Assembly (NCBI GenBank): GCA_047967505.1
Contig: CM106538.1
Source of the DNA: Dipteris shenzhenensis
Lineage: Eukaryota
Length of the DNA: 64,000 nucleotides
Strand: one strand, 5' to 3'
Shown here: piece by piece, positions 32,991 through 47,890 of the stretch
Layout: every line of letters starts with the position of its first letter
Position numbering within the stretch: position 1 is the first letter of the stretch
Notes under the pieces: model-generated
Database searches by the model: none
What the model was told of the DNA's origin: nothing
The model's input: the letters and a program-made list of their open reading frames with translations, nothing else
Made by a program: the position numbers and the translations under genes

Positions 32991-35299
32991 ATGAAAATAA
33001 AGCAAAATTCCAAATGCTAGTGCCTGCAAGAAAGAATCACACCAAATACTTGTTAGATATCAATGCTCCACTCTCGTGTAACTATGCGGGAACCAGCTAA
33101 CTCTACTTGTAAGCCCCCCATATGAGGAGAAGGCATTTGAGTAGCTCGGTTATCCGATAGGTCTTGGTTTGGACACCAGATGGGGGCCATGTGTGGCTTG
33201 ATGGCTAGATGGCTTTAGATAGAGTTGGCACACTGCCAACTAGACTACATGCAAGTGTGGGAAGGCATCCCTTGACTGACCGCACAAAGGGTAGATGGAG
33301 CATTTCTCGGGGCAGCCCACTCTCAGGTTGCAGGGCCCATTTGGAGCCTCAGATGATCCTGAATGGCTCTGGGTCGAATGGCAACCGTAGCTCCGTTGCT
33401 CTATTTTGCGCACCGGTTCTATCATATGGTCGGTGGCCTATTTTGGGACTAACCCCCAGTCGACCGTTTTGGGCAGACTGGGTCAGTCACCCAATTGAGC
33501 CTAACCGACTACGACTGGTGGCTATATAAGAGCAAGCCCGTGAAGCCCATTTCATCACTGGCTACAGCAACCCTGATTCCTTAGCATCCAGCCTCCATCT
33601 TCTACTGTTTCCAGCATGCCATTGAAGCTTCTTTCACAAGAGCGCACGGTTGAGAGGTAGCGCCATCTATTATATCAGCTTTACAGTAATCAAATTTTTG
33701 ATTCTCCATACTATCTTGTTTTCTCTCTTGCGTACGAGATCCTATTATCTGTTGAGCACAGATGTTGTATTATTTTCTTACAATGCTAGGTGCACCCAAA
33801 TATGTCTGCCACAATGGATGGTAATATCACCGAAAACTCAAAGCTCAAAGCATCAAAATGCATCTAACTCATGTGCATATACTATGCATCCATATGAGCA
33901 AATATCGCCCAAAAGAAAATGTCAACATGCAATGACAAAATAATGGCAAACCCAATGCCAATAAGAGCCAAATGCCTCAAGCATAAACACCATCCATGGG
34001 CATAAGCATCAATAATATCTCATCCAAGAGAGGATAGCACTATTAGTGCATCAATTGCAATGTGTTAAAGCTGTCCCTCAGCATAAATTAACATCCATGT
34101 GCAAAGCGTCCATCAAAATAGCATCCCACAAGGCAATCTGAGCCTGTCAGTGCATCCAATAAGGACTGGAATGCATCCAAATGGCCTATAAAGAATCCAC
34201 TCCAACCCAATGCAAACCCAATCCAAATGGCCTATAAAGCAACCCAATGCAAACCACGAATGAGCGCACACGGCTCAAACTACAACCATAGTGATCTACA
34301 TAAGGTATGCCCAAAATCACAGTCTTATAGCAATGACGGATGCTGTAAAATAAATCATGATATGCCTCAAAACATGAAATTTACGCGATATCCAGACTCG
34401 ATGATGCAATCTGCACATTTCTCCTTTTTACTGCAACTCCAAAATCTTATTCATTGAGGGAGTAAAAGCCAATCAACCCTTGTAGTTGACTTGAAATTGA
34501 ACCTTTGAATGGTTTTCTGATAGAGAGAAAAAACAAGATGATTCGACGTCTCAAAGAGATAGAACTTCACCAAATCTCCACAGGATCGCACAAGAACTAA
34601 CAGATAGGGGTTTTTGGGCCTCCGGAACACAATGGAATAGATGGTTTTGGAAACCGTGGTTCCATTCAACGAGTCCAACACACGAAATTTTTTTTTTTTT
34701 TGGGTAAATTGATATATTTGTAAGCACAATCAGAGTGCAAATGATAAGCAGCATAGAAATTTTAGGACCTTCTGAGTCCATTGGAACTGATAGATCTGCG
34801 AATTATTGCTTCAAACTTGAGTTCCAACACACTGGCAGAAAAACGTTGAAGCAGAGACAATGAGCCAAAAATTTAACGAAATGATCCCAAATTCAAGAAT
34901 GAAGGGGTTTTGGAACTCTTAAAGTGCAACTGACACCAAAATTAAGCAATGGTTGCCTCTGCAAGTCATTCCGAACTCTCAGCCGGGGAAAATCTTTTGG
35001 CGATCTTTTTAATGTGAGCTTTTTTACCATTTCCTTTGTTTTTGCGAGCTTTTTTTAGAAATCCATACATGTTTTTGTTATAAGAAAGATGGGGAGGTTA
35101 GAAAGAGGGGGAGAGAATATAAGATATGTTCATTTTCATAGCATGTGGGAGGGGTGGAAGAGTGTATACTATGCACAAGGGGGGGGAGGATATGAGTGGC
35201 AGTAGGAGGCAAAAAATTATGGAAGATATGTCCATATTCAAAGTAGAAGGGAGGAACTATGGGAGATATGTACATTTTAAAAGTGTATAATTTGAAACT

Positions 35300-35559
35300 T
35301 TTGACCTCATATTTGGATTCCTCGTCGAATTCCGGTCATTTTGAGTACCAACATGACCATATTCTGATAAAAATTGGAAAAATGGTGTTTTTGTCATTTT
35401 GGCCTGTTTGGGGCTTGTTTTGAGTCTGCGCAGACTCAAAACAAGCCCCAAACAGGCCAAAATGACAAAAACACCATTTTTCCAATTTTTATCAGAATAT
35501 GGTCATGTTGGTACTCAAAATGACCGGAATTCGACGAGGAATCCAAATATGAGGTCAAA
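35300..35559. repeat. Perfect spacerless 260-bp palindrome (130-bp arms)
   Basis: Centre GAGTCTGC|GCAGACTC between 35429 and 35430; arms read as exact reverse complements to 35300/35559; degenerate symmetry continues outward. Confidence 0.95.
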
Positions 35560-37299
35560 TCTGTCAAATTATACACTTTGAAAATAAACAAATTTCCCAC
35601 ATGCTCTCCCTTCCCCTTTACATTTAGTAGATGAACATAACTTTCACATTCCTCATCCTCTCTCTCCTCCTTGCACTCCTCTTTGCATACCTTATAAGTT
35701 CCCCCTCTACGTTCTCCACTATGATAATGAATATATGTTCCAACTCCCCTCCCCTCCCTTCTCCATGCCACCTTACCCATGCGCCCGTCCCTCCCCCTTT
35801 CCTTTATCTCCCCTCCCCCCCCTCTCTCCTCTTAACTGCAACCACAACCCAAACTTTCAACCCACCCCACTCCATGACCCCCCCCCTCTCTCTCTCTCAG
35901 GTGAATGAAAAGCTCGCAATATTCATGAAAATTGAAAAAAAGCTCATGACAAAAAGCTCACCAAAAAATCACACCCCTCTCAGCCAATCATTGAAAGGAA
36001 CAAGGGAATCGTAAAAAAACATATTTTTGCTCCAATTACACCTGTACACTTGCAAAAAACCACACATAGACTTCCAAAAATCACTTGCAGGATTTTGCAA
36101 GGTTCAAATATCACCTGGGCAACTCAAACAAGCACCCATAGGCTTGCTCCATCCTCCCATAGAGCTACAAAAGGCAGACTCCAGGCTCTAAGCACACACA
36201 CAGGCTTAGCTAGACCACCCACAAGCATCAGATAGACCACTCAGGCTCTGATACCAGTTGAGAGTGCTCTCAACGGAAGCAAAATGGAACAGGGTGAGAG
36301 AGAGGGAGAGCCAAAAGAGAGCCACAGAAGTTTTGGTGGGTGCAAAACACCCTAATCTTCTATGTCATCCATATATATATATGTGTGTGTTTGAGTATTG
36401 TACATAATCGAGGCTAAGGCACAGCGGCCTTTAACCCCCACACATCTATAAGTAACCAATGATTCGCTCACCCACACATGCAAAAGGTGAGTTCAACTAG
36501 CCACGTAGTCTAGCCATCATACTTGAATTCAAATGCAAATCCATTTGCTATTCTTAGAGGTCTTAAGGTCTCAAATAACAACAGCAAAAACTCCTTGCTA
36601 TTCTATTCCGCATGTGCTTCTTTTGGCACACACCTCTCTGTAATCTTCCCCACATAAAATCCACTACTCATTTGCATGCTTCAAGAACTATCTTAATCTT
36701 TCACCTTGGCATCTATAGATAGTTACCCCTTCTTTGATCCATTTAAAGAAAAATCATGCCTCATATTTTTCCCCTCACCTGATTGAGTTGAAACTAGAGT
36801 GAGACTCTGTTACATAGCAGTGGGCTAGAGAAATTCTTGCACTTTCCTTGGGAAGCTTACTTCGATAGCAACAATGCAAAAGCTTTGATCGACAATAGTA
36901 GCTTACAAGGATAGATATTACTCTCATAGTAAACAAGCATCCACATCTAATGCCAACCCAATGTGATGCCTTTTTGCACATTGGAGCTATTCATCTTTTG
37001 AAGGGTACTCATCAACCACATGCTAAATGAGGTGATGCATACGTTCTTCAAATTTTTGTATGAGTATATAGGATTCAAGAAGAGCACTAAGAAAGTTCCA
37101 ACGGCCTTTGTGACCAAGTCAATCATGGCCAAATTCGAGGAAAATCTCAATTGGGAGAAACCCCTTTTTCTCCAACTTTTTGATGCATATCCAAGGGTGT
37201 GCAAATCCCAAACTCAATACAATCTTGGCACCCACCTTTGCATCCTGCAACATACTCTTGTAAGCAAAGAGCTGCATTGGCCACTTGCCCCCATTCCAT

Positions 37300-40200
37300 A
37301 ACCCTTACTTTGAAAGCCGTGGAGTCCCAAGACGAACTTGTGGTAGCAACTAAGCTAGGCAAAGGACCTAGTAGCAAGTTGGTCAAAGGAAAGTAGCCAG
37401 AATTAGAGTAGGTTTTGTATACAACCTCATTTGTTAACAAATGGATCACTTGGAAACCTTGTTTGGTGAAAACATCATTCTATGAAGGACCCCTAGCTAC
37501 CACCCAAGCAATCTAGTAGCCCAGAGCCACCACTACAAGAGGAAGTTCATCAGTAGATGGAGTAGCAAGGCTCCCTTAATCAAGCTTCCATCTGTTTTAC
37601 CACTAGAAGCTCAACATACCCAACTTTTTCTATTTTTCACAAGAAGGCTTGTTACATAGTTGGAGCAGGAATCTAGGGAGATCATCACTTCATCAAGATT
37701 TGAGCCAAGTAGCATGAGGCAAGGTTTGAACATTGGATGATGGAGTTGGTAGAAGGGCTTCACATTCTATGGAATAAGACTCATACCTATAAGGCATGAC
37801 ATGAAGATTTTTGAGCTAAACATGCCATATGCAAGAGTTAAAGGCAAACACTTAAGGCCAAAGTAATGCACTACCATAAAAAAAGCAAGGCGTTCAAAAA
37901 AGCTACGACATCTAGACCAAGGTAGCATCACGACCAGTACAATAGCTAAGTAGCTCCAAGTCAAGGGACTTGAATTGAATAGGAGGATTGCAGATGTTCA
38001 TGAACTCTTGAGTCAAAGTTTGCCTCCTCATAATTGACAAACACCCAACCAATCTACCTCGCCCCTAAGGCCCCATCCTGACAAATCCATAGGGTCATAG
38101 GAACCCCACTCTAGCATCAAAAAAGTGATAAGACCCATCCAATGGACACAACTTAGAGTCCAAGACTAGCTTCGACTTGCACCGGAAAACAAGACTAGCT
38201 TTGACTTGCACCGAAAAACAAGCCCTGTGAACCTTAGCAACATTGGCAACATATGACTCTCTAGAGCACATCATCCTAAAATTTAACATTTGAGAGGATG
38301 AGGAATTCTTTGTGAATGTTTCTAGCCAAGTTGAGGCCTTTCCATCCATAAATGATGCTATGTATCCATGATATGAAAGAGAGTAATTCAATGCCTTATC
38401 TTTTTCCCACATTTAAATGCTCTACACAACATTGTCCTCAATCTAGCCAAATAATAGAATCTAATTCCATTCAAGTACAAGGTTATTTGGCATAGACTCG
38501 AGGTACCAGATATCCTTCTTGTTCTACCACAATTCAATAATTAGCTATAGATTGAAGTCATATAGCATTGTAAGTTCTAGCAGAGCTTCATATCTTGCTA
38601 AAGCAACCAAGGTTTCAACACAAATCCATTTTTTACAAAACATCGATTCCATATCTAGATCTTAAACTTCATTTTCTATTGGCACACTCCCCAAAAGCAT
38701 TCTATTCCTTAGTGACTTACACTCGAGATCAATTCCATTGCTACACATGTGATAGTAATATTATCTAATTATTCAACAAAGCTTGCATATTCAAAATAAC
38801 ATTTTCATTCTATTAATGTTCCATTTGCAAGTTTAAAAATCCATTTCCTATTCTATTCATAGTTATTACAATAGTTTATTGGTTGTTTACCCATAGCCAC
38901 AGCTTAGAATCCTTGTCCATTTTGAAATACAACATAGTTCTACTAATACACAATTTTTGGTTCTAATTCTATGATATCCTACTAAATTCAACCAAGATTT
39001 TAACACAGAGAATTATTTGTTTTGACATCTCTATTTGCAAATGCGACCACATCATCAAAGTGACATTGCCATATCAAGTCCCTTTTGATGGTACACATAA
39101 TCAAGGCCATTAGTTTGGATCCCATAATCTATTTGGATCCTCTTCTCCAATTGCATTACCAGTAATACAAATGCCAAATTAATAATCAAATCATTGACCT
39201 TGAATCACATCCCAAGGGTAATTCTCTTTGTGGTTTATTCATCATCTAGATCTTGGCATGGCTCTTAAATGTTGATTTCAATTTTATTTTTTGAATGACC
39301 AGATTATTCCTCGAACTTAGGCTATTGGATTGTCTTTTGCTCTGATCCTAGCATAGCTTCTAGATCACAGTTTATATATATTTTAAGATTCCTTTCCAAT
39401 ATTATGCATATTCAAAATCTAGTTTGGCACACACATTCTTGATTCAATTGAGTCCTTGGCACATATTTGGCATGAGTTTTCAAACATTCCAAAGGCACGT
39501 TACCAAATTTTTAGTTTCTTGATTTGGAGGCATTTATTTCAATTCTCAAGATTCATTTAATTTGAATCCTAGATTACCTTAGCTCTTGGATCCTAGATTC
39601 CACATCATACTTGAATCCTAAACTCTAATTCCACATCAACTTTTTGACCTTTGTTTTCAATTTTCAAATCTAGAGGAACAGTCTTAGATCTTCAATTCTA
39701 GCCTCATTTCAAAACTCTAAACTTTAGTTCCACATTAGTGCATTTGGAGCTTGATCCATGTCATCATACCTAGATCTCAACTTCCAATTACACATGCTAC
39801 ATTCCATTTCACCAAAACTTCTAGTGCCACCATCAACACATTTGGTGCACATTCTAATACACACTACCATTTTGATGTAGTCATCACACTACACATTAGT
39901 AATTTGAGCCTACTGCCATGTCTACATAATTTGATGCACAAGATTCCCGACATTCAATGAAGAGTATCAATTCACAATTTTCACTTCTAATGTAATCCCA
40001 GCTATCTCCTAGTTGAAACCCAAATTCTTTGATTATATTCTTATCCTATAGCTACACTCTTCTTGGCATAGATTTGATAGTTTGCTTCATCTCCACTATT
40101 CAAGTCTCGATGTATGAAACTTTCCCTCTATGGACTTTGTTTCAAAATACCGAAAGGGTCTTGTTGAGCTCTCTCCATATTGTAAGCCCATTTTTAGCCT

Positions 40201-40400
40201 CTAATTCTAGCCATAGACTCAAACTATAGTTGAGATCCATTAACTTATCACTGGAATCCTGTTTCTTGAATGATTCTTCTTTATAGTGTGCTCTGACTCA
40301 CATGACATATTGTGTTAGGCTATCATGTGTCTTCCAAATTCAACTTTGATAATGCCTCTTGGATTTCAAGCCCACCATGTCTTGTAAATTTGCCCTAGAT
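37300..40400 (-). mobile_element. Highly degenerate L1-clade LINE
   Basis: Minus-strand RT motif relics: KNW.PL-like (~39510), KLDFEYA (~39410-39430), VIQG (~39200), HFDDVV (~39050). Boundaries approximate. Confidence 0.55.
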
Positions 40401-41699
40401 CCTCTTTAACTTATAAAGTAAAGGGGCTAGTAAAGAGGTGAGTGCCTCTAAAATGTTAGTAGCCACCCTTTTTACTCCATGGTAAGACCCAATAAAGAGG
40501 CATGAAAAAGGTCAAATATAATTATGTGTGTAGCTCTTCTAAAAAATTTAGTCAGTCAACATGTGGCATAGTAGTGGCCCAATAATGCCTTTGGTAGTGG
40601 GTACTTAAGTTTTTCACCAAGCTCATTTTTTCTCTCTTAAAAAATTAAATAAAATATATTCTCTTTCTATGGTTATTCATGTAATTCCTATACCCAATCC
40701 CTTGTATTAATTCTAATTTTCATAATATATTCCATCACCTAGATGCAAAGAATCAATTGCATTATTAACAATAAATTGAATAAACAACCAAATCAATCAA
40801 TCCTAGTGTGTCACACTTGATATACAATAATCAAACAAAATACAATTGACATATTAATACATGCAATCATCCAAAATATTGATCATCTAGCGTGGCAAAA
40901 CATGGGATTAGTTAGGCATACCTAACTTAACCTCACATAGCATCATCCAAAACTATTGCCATGTTGGTGTGCTTCCATGGCTTGAGCATGGATTACTTGC
41001 CATAGTCTCCCATTGTGGGTCATACCTAAGCAAGGATATCATTGTAATTATCTTAAGTAAGTAATAGAAATTATGTAGCACCCCTCTAGCTTATAACCTC
41101 AGTTGTGTGTTTGATTATAGGAGTTCGTGAGTTTTGTAGTAATAGCCCAAAAAAAATATATTACCCATCTCCTAAGCATCCTCCCTTGATTGATTTTTGA
41201 GTTTCAAAAAAGTTTTGACATATATTTTCTATTCACACAGTAATTTGTTGATGATCCAAAATATATTCGGTTCAAGTATTTTTGATTCATCAACTATGAG
41301 TAGTGCCTCTTCATAAATAGGTCCCTAAAATGGTTTCAATAGATGATATAAAATGCATTATGGATAGTAAATATTTGACATATACATTTCTTGTTCATTT
41401 AGCAATTTGTTGAAGATCCACAATACATTTGGGCAACTATTTCCTCTTCATCAAATATGATTGGTGCTTCTTCATAAATAGGACATGTAGGTAAAGATCC
41501 CTTAAATGGTTTTGATAGATTGATAGATAATATTAACCATGTTACGATAGGACTACAATGATGCTAAAATGTCCTAATGTTGAGTAATAATTTGCTGATC
41601 TAGAGTGGAATAGGAAACTAAATATAAGAATGTAAAATGCTTGAAAAAAGAGGTGAAGAAATTAGGGATATGCAAGAATAATTTAGCTTGGAAGGTGGA

Positions 41700-43500
41700 T
41701 GCACCATGGCATGAATCTTTAAAATCTTTAGGAAATTGAAGGACCTAAAAATGACGTACTACATGCAAATCAACATGGTCAAAGATGAAGCCTAAATCAT
41801 CAAGCATGTAATGGTTGTTCATCATCATGGTTGTCAAAGATTTCTAAAATGTAGGCTACTTCAATAGGCATTATTGCAGTGAAGACTAAGTCAATTTTGT
41901 ATAGTGGATGACTCTATAATCTTTCACATAAATTTTTTACCATCGTTGCTCTTTCCAAGCACAAATTTCTTGTGGTTTCATGACTAGATATCATTACTAA
42001 AACTACCATTTGAAATGGATACTTACCCAGTCTATGTCATTGAGAGGCTCTATCAATAGAATGATGTTGAATATTTTTTCATTGTGGAAATGTTGTAAAA
42101 GAGAATGCTTAATTGTGTGCATTCATAAACTGAGCATGGGGTGAAAATTGAGTAGCTAGTAAAGAATTACAAACAAGGCTATATTTTTTGAGGGTGCAAT
42201 AAGAAATTGGAGCTACCTTTATGGGGGATATCCTCAATCTACTTAGTATGTAATGTACCCTTTCTCAAGAATTATTTTTAAAGTAAACACAATTTAAAAG
42301 TAAGCGGATGAAGTAAAACTTCTAGAAAGGAAAAAATAACTTTTGTTGGAGAGTTGAACAAAGAATTGTTTCTCTAGCAAATGTCTAAGCTCTAGGGCTC
42401 TAGCCTTAGGAAAATGTCAATGTGTTGAGTTGAGAGAAGCGTTGAGCCTTTGAATGTTGTTGTAATCTTTTCACATGGTTTTGTAGTCTAAGGAGAAGTA
42501 AAGAAACTCAGTTGCTTTTTAGATGCTTCCTACTAATGCACACTACTGAAGATGACACGATGGATGAGTAGAAATAAATGTTTGCCTACTGAAGATACTT
42601 TGATGGCATGAAAAGTATAAGACATTGTAGTCATTTACCAGGAACAATGCTTAGAATGTACCAGACAAGGCATAAAAGCCTAGGGTAAAGGGGGGAGCCT
42701 TGTGCAACCATAATTCTTTAGTAATGTAAGGGGTTGTGCATATATTTTTTAAAAATGTTTTTAAAATGCAGTGGGCTAGTTTTTGTAATTGTATCATATT
42801 TTTATGACATGTGTAATATTTTGTTGAGAGGGATTAAATCCTTTTGTAATTTGAGCTCTATGTGTATCGCTTGTGTTTGTAGACAAAGGGAGATATCTTG
42901 TCATTATATTTGGTGCTTAGTAAAGTATTATAAATACTTTAAATGGGGAAGCATGAGCCACTTATCTAGAGCCAAAGGAGAGTATATATGGCCTTTGTTA
43001 CCATGTCTATGATATTGTGTTTGCTTTTCTAATTTTGAAGTGGCACTTTGCGGGGCTGTTTAAGTATTTAGTAGGGTTTCACCTACTACATATAACTTCC
43101 CACTTCCTATATTATCATCATGTGCAAACTACAACATGGCTAGGCAAAGTGTTGGGTGTGATAATTGAAAAGGCATGTGAAACAAGAATACATATAGAGA
43201 TTAGACCATGCTATCAAAGTTTGATTATTGTAGTGAGAGATTCACATGTGTTAAGTGAACTAACTTATGCTTACAACAAGTGTATGTCCACTAAAAATTA
43301 CTTTGTAGACATCACATTTGTAAATTCCAATAGGTTATATATCTTCTCTTTCTAGAGCTACTCACAACAATCTAACCCTTAATAAGATCACACTTGATTG
43401 AGCAATGCATTAGTGACTCACTTTCAACGGTGCTAATTACAATCCAAGGTCCTATATTTTCTTGTGCAGGGACCATGAAACATATCAAAGGTAACATGAG
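41700..43500 (+). mobile_element. Possible Mutator-like (MULE/SWIM) transposase relic
   Basis: Scattered relic motifs (GFMT(D) ~41975, KHI ~43480) in AT-rich DNA; no TIRs identified. Confidence 0.3.
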
Positions 43501-44659
43501 TTAAAATTAATGTACATACTCAAAATTTGCAACGTTGGGATAAAATTTTGCTAAGCATACAGGCTATTACAATATGGCCATATGTAAAACATTATCTCGA
43601 CTAGAGCAATTGGCTTATCAATAATTTTAAAATGCTTCTCTTATGTGCATAGAAAACTTAAAAGGCAAACATGGGAGATGGTTAGCTCTAGGCAAAAACC
43701 CATATTCCTATTAATTTGAGCCCCCAAAAGTGATGGAAAAACTAGCCATTCTAGTCCATCTTAGACACAAGTATGACATTTAGTGCAAAATAGAGCATAC
43801 AATAGTTGCTAACACTAATGAGAGATGGGTAGATGTATTATAAAATATACTCCATAAATGGCAAAGTAAATAATCATGGGGACAATCCAAGTTCAATGAG
43901 ACATGATCCCTCTATCAATCATTTTGGTATCTTATTATAATTCTCAGTCTTGGCATCCTCTCCTCTAGCACTATCATCCCAACCTCCTCCCTCATCCATG
44001 TACTTCACATATAAGATGGTGATGTGTTATGGATTTTCCGATGATTTGGTAATTCATATCTATAATAAGATCATTTATCTTTTAAATAACATTGAATGGT
44101 CCATAAAAGTGTTAACACCATCTTGATAATACCCATTTCTCAATGGACTTTAGTCTCCTTTTCTCAATTTGTAAAAAAATATAATCACCTTGTTTAAAGA
44201 CCCAATGTCTTCTTTTCTTGTTACTTCTTATTACTTGCTATTATATTATAAGATGGATGGCCACCTCACATTATCACATGCACTTCCTTGATGATATTAG
44301 GGACATCATGCAACAATATAAACCTTCAAAGAATGTGGTCCTTGTAAACCCAACCAAAAATAATCTTGAGGATTGCCACTTCAAAGAATTTGATCCTTGT
44401 GTGTGTGTGTGTGTGTGCCCATGCGTGCACGCACACACACACACACACACACTTCCCCAACTATGAGTTATTCTTTTATGTACCCCCCATGAAATCTCCC
44501 CTTTACACTCTCTTTTTTACTACCCCACAAACCATGCACACTAATCCTCCCATACCTCCACTAATCCCTTCTTAACCCATGCACTCACTCTTACTTTGAC
44601 TTAAACTTTTTTTTAAAATAAAAATACATAAATAATCTAAGAATCCATATGGTTGTCTA

Positions 44660-47560
44660 TATTCCTAGGTAAAGTGATAACAAGCCGAGGAAAATAGGCA
44701 TTACCTATCTACCCAAACATAACTAAACACCTAGTTTGTTGGGATGGTGGTAGGTAAGTGGACCTTGACCTCAGAACCTGCACTGTGATTGAGGATTCGA
44801 CATCTTTTTTCAGTATTGTGTTTGTCAAACTCAATATTATTAAAAATTCTTAATTTTGGTGGATTTTTTTGCGAACTCTAGTTGTTGCATTTTTGCCTCA
44901 AACATTTTTTCCTTATATGTTCTCCTTTTTTTAAAAACTTTTTATCCAATCGATGGAATTAATTGTATGGCTCTCTAATTCATGGGACATTTTATTCCAA
45001 ACACACACTTTAACTTCCCAACTAGCCTTTCGTCGGGCTAGTGCCATAACATTAATTCAAATCCATTGGATAATTCTTTAGCATAGATAATCCCTAGTCA
45101 TTTTGTGATCCACCTTATTTTTTACTAACTTTTGTGTCTATTTTGCAGAAGTGTTTTATGCATTTACTATTGGCATTCTTTTTTCATTTTAACACTTATC
45201 ATAAAGATCCACTTTTATTCTTACTCATTATCAATAGGTGATAAGTAAATTCCACATGGTGGGATTACTCCCCACCATGTGGTCTTACCCTTTGGGTTGG
45301 GGTGGGCCACACATACACACACACACATTTTCTATACTTTACAAACACACATGCACACACACCCACACACGATACACATACACACAAACTCCCTTTCTTC
45401 CTAAATTATTGGTCCTCATGCCCTTGCCCTCACTCCCCACTTATGATTTACACTAAATCAACTACCCCCACTTGAAAGCTTCTTATTATTACTACTAACC
45501 CTTAAAAATTTCTTTAACCCTATGCCTATTCTTTCATTTTGAATATATAATTTATTTATATTGAACTATTATTTTCCCCCTGCCCTACCTTGTTTTTTAA
45601 AAATATTTTTAATGAATTATTACAAATTATACCCCAGCACACACTAAAAATCAAATTTTACTTCCCAATAACTCTGTCTCTCCAGCATTTTATGAAACAA
45701 GATTGATTAAAAGTGATTTTGCACCTTAAAAGCTCAAAATAAGGCACTAATTTATATATATATTTAGCTAGGTCCTTCCCTCCCTTTTGTACCCTAAACG
45801 ACTTCAGTGCCATCATTGGCACGACCCGCTTGCTTTACCCCTCTTCTTGCTTAAAGGCCTATTTTTCCTACACACACACACACACACACACACAAACAAC
45901 CGCCATTTCACATGCTCTCAAAGATTGGAACGGACGTCGCATGGTCACTGCCTTCACTCACCTTGTTATTAACCTTTCTGCCTTTACATTCAACGTGCCT
46001 TTCCTTGGATACCTTTCAATTTTGATGGATCTCCTTGTCTTTGATTCCATTTAATTTGAGCACTAATTATTACTTTTTATGTTAAAAAACAAGGTAATAT
46101 GGAACTGGGATACACTTATACTAGTGACATCACTTTTTGACACTTATCATAATGATCCATTTTTTCTCTACACACTTATAGGTGGGGAGTAAGTTCCACA
46201 TGGTGGGATTATTCCCCACCATGTGGTCTTACCCTCTAGGTTGGGGGTGGGCCACACACACACACATGCACACACACACACACACATACACACACATTTT
46301 CTATACTTTACAAACACACACATGCAACACATAAACATACACACACCCATACACACAAAATCCCTTTCTTTGGCAAAATTTGTACCCCTAAATTATTGGT
46401 GTGAGAAATTTCTTTAACCCTATGCTTATTCTTTCATTTAAAATATATAATTTATTTAAATTGAACCATTATTTCCCCCCCTTGCCCTACCTTGTTTTTT
46501 AAAAAGCTTTTATATGAATTATTACAAATTATACCCCCACACACACTAAAACTCAAATTGTACTTCCCAATAACTCTGTCCCCCTGGCATTTTAGAAACA
46601 AGATTGATTAAAAGTGATTTTGCACCTTAAAAACTCAAAATAAGGAACATATATATAGCTAGGTCCTTCCCTCACTTTTGTACTCTAAATGGCTTCAGCG
46701 CCATCATTGGCATGACCCACTTGCTTTATCCCTCTTCTTGCTTAATGGCCTATTTTCCCTAGACAAACACACACAAACAACCGCCATTTCACATGCTCTC
46801 AAAGATTGGAATGGACATCGCATGGTCACCACCTTCGCTCATCTTGTTATAAATCTTTCTGCCTTTATGTTCACAGCATGCCTTCCTTGGATACCTTTCA
46901 ATTCTAATGGATCTCCTTGTCTACTCTCGTGCCTTCACCTTTTGTGCCTTCATCTTTTGTGCCTTCATCTTTATTTATGCCCTTATTGCCAACCCTCTCT
47001 CCCAGGTTCACCTTCAACACTGTCCCTCACCTTCTCACTTGAGGAGTTGGTTGTTTAGTGGCTCTTATCAACCTGGTGACCTTTACTACTTTTGCCAAGT
47101 TGTCCCGTGGACTAGCTTCTTGTTCCATGGTGGTTGACTTTATGCTTGGTTTGCCTCTAGTGCTTTAGTTATGTGACTACGATCTATAGCTAACAATCTT
47201 GCATATTGCGGTTCTTTGCCTTCATTTTTCTTTTACTCCCTTCGCTATTTAAAACTTACCACCTTTTGTGATTACCGGGTCACCAACTGCATGGAAGCCT
47301 CTTCCTTTGCCTTTTTTGGCCTCTTCCTGGGCCAATTGCCTCATCTCTTATTGGAGGTTTCTTCACTTCTAGGAAACCCCGTATTTCTTTACTTCTGGCC
47401 TTTCTTGAAGCTCAGGGTGCACGATGTTTCTTTTGAGTTGTCGCGTTACCTGCATGATAGTCTCTTGTTTTTGTCGAGTCAACTATTTGGCTGGACTTTG
47501 GCTTGCTCTTTATTTATCCTTTGTTTGGCTCTTTATTTGTTTTTAGCTTTTTTTCACACA

Positions 47561-47595
<35 letters not shown>

Positions 47596-47807
47596 ACAAG
47601 ATAAACTGTCGTTTTAAAAACTCGTGTTGCTTTGCTCTAGCCTTTCTTCAAGCTCAAGTGCCCTGACACTTCTTCTGAGTTGTCGCGTTACCTGCATGAC
47701 AGTCTCTTGCTTTTTGTCAAGTCAACTATTTGGTTGACTTTGGCTTGCTCTTTATTTGATTGGCTCTTTATTTATCCTTTGTTTGGCTCTTTATTTGTTT
47801 TTAGCTT

Positions 47808-47890
<83 letters not shown>

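Larger units (their letters stand above)
21161..36442 (-). mobile_element. Full-length decayed Ty1/Copia element hosting a nested Gypsy
   Basis: LTRs 21161-21368 and 36259-36442 (TG...CA; 11 differences in the first 110 bp); TSD CATCT at 21156-21160 and 36443-36447; PBS TGGTATCAGAGC at 36256->36245; PPT next to 21369; domain order gag-PR-INT-RT-RH. Confidence 0.93.

Noticed and set aside
35257-35581. Twin ORFs MACLGLVLSLRRLK... on both strands
   Set aside because: Artefact of the palindrome; non-ATG start and no coding evidence.
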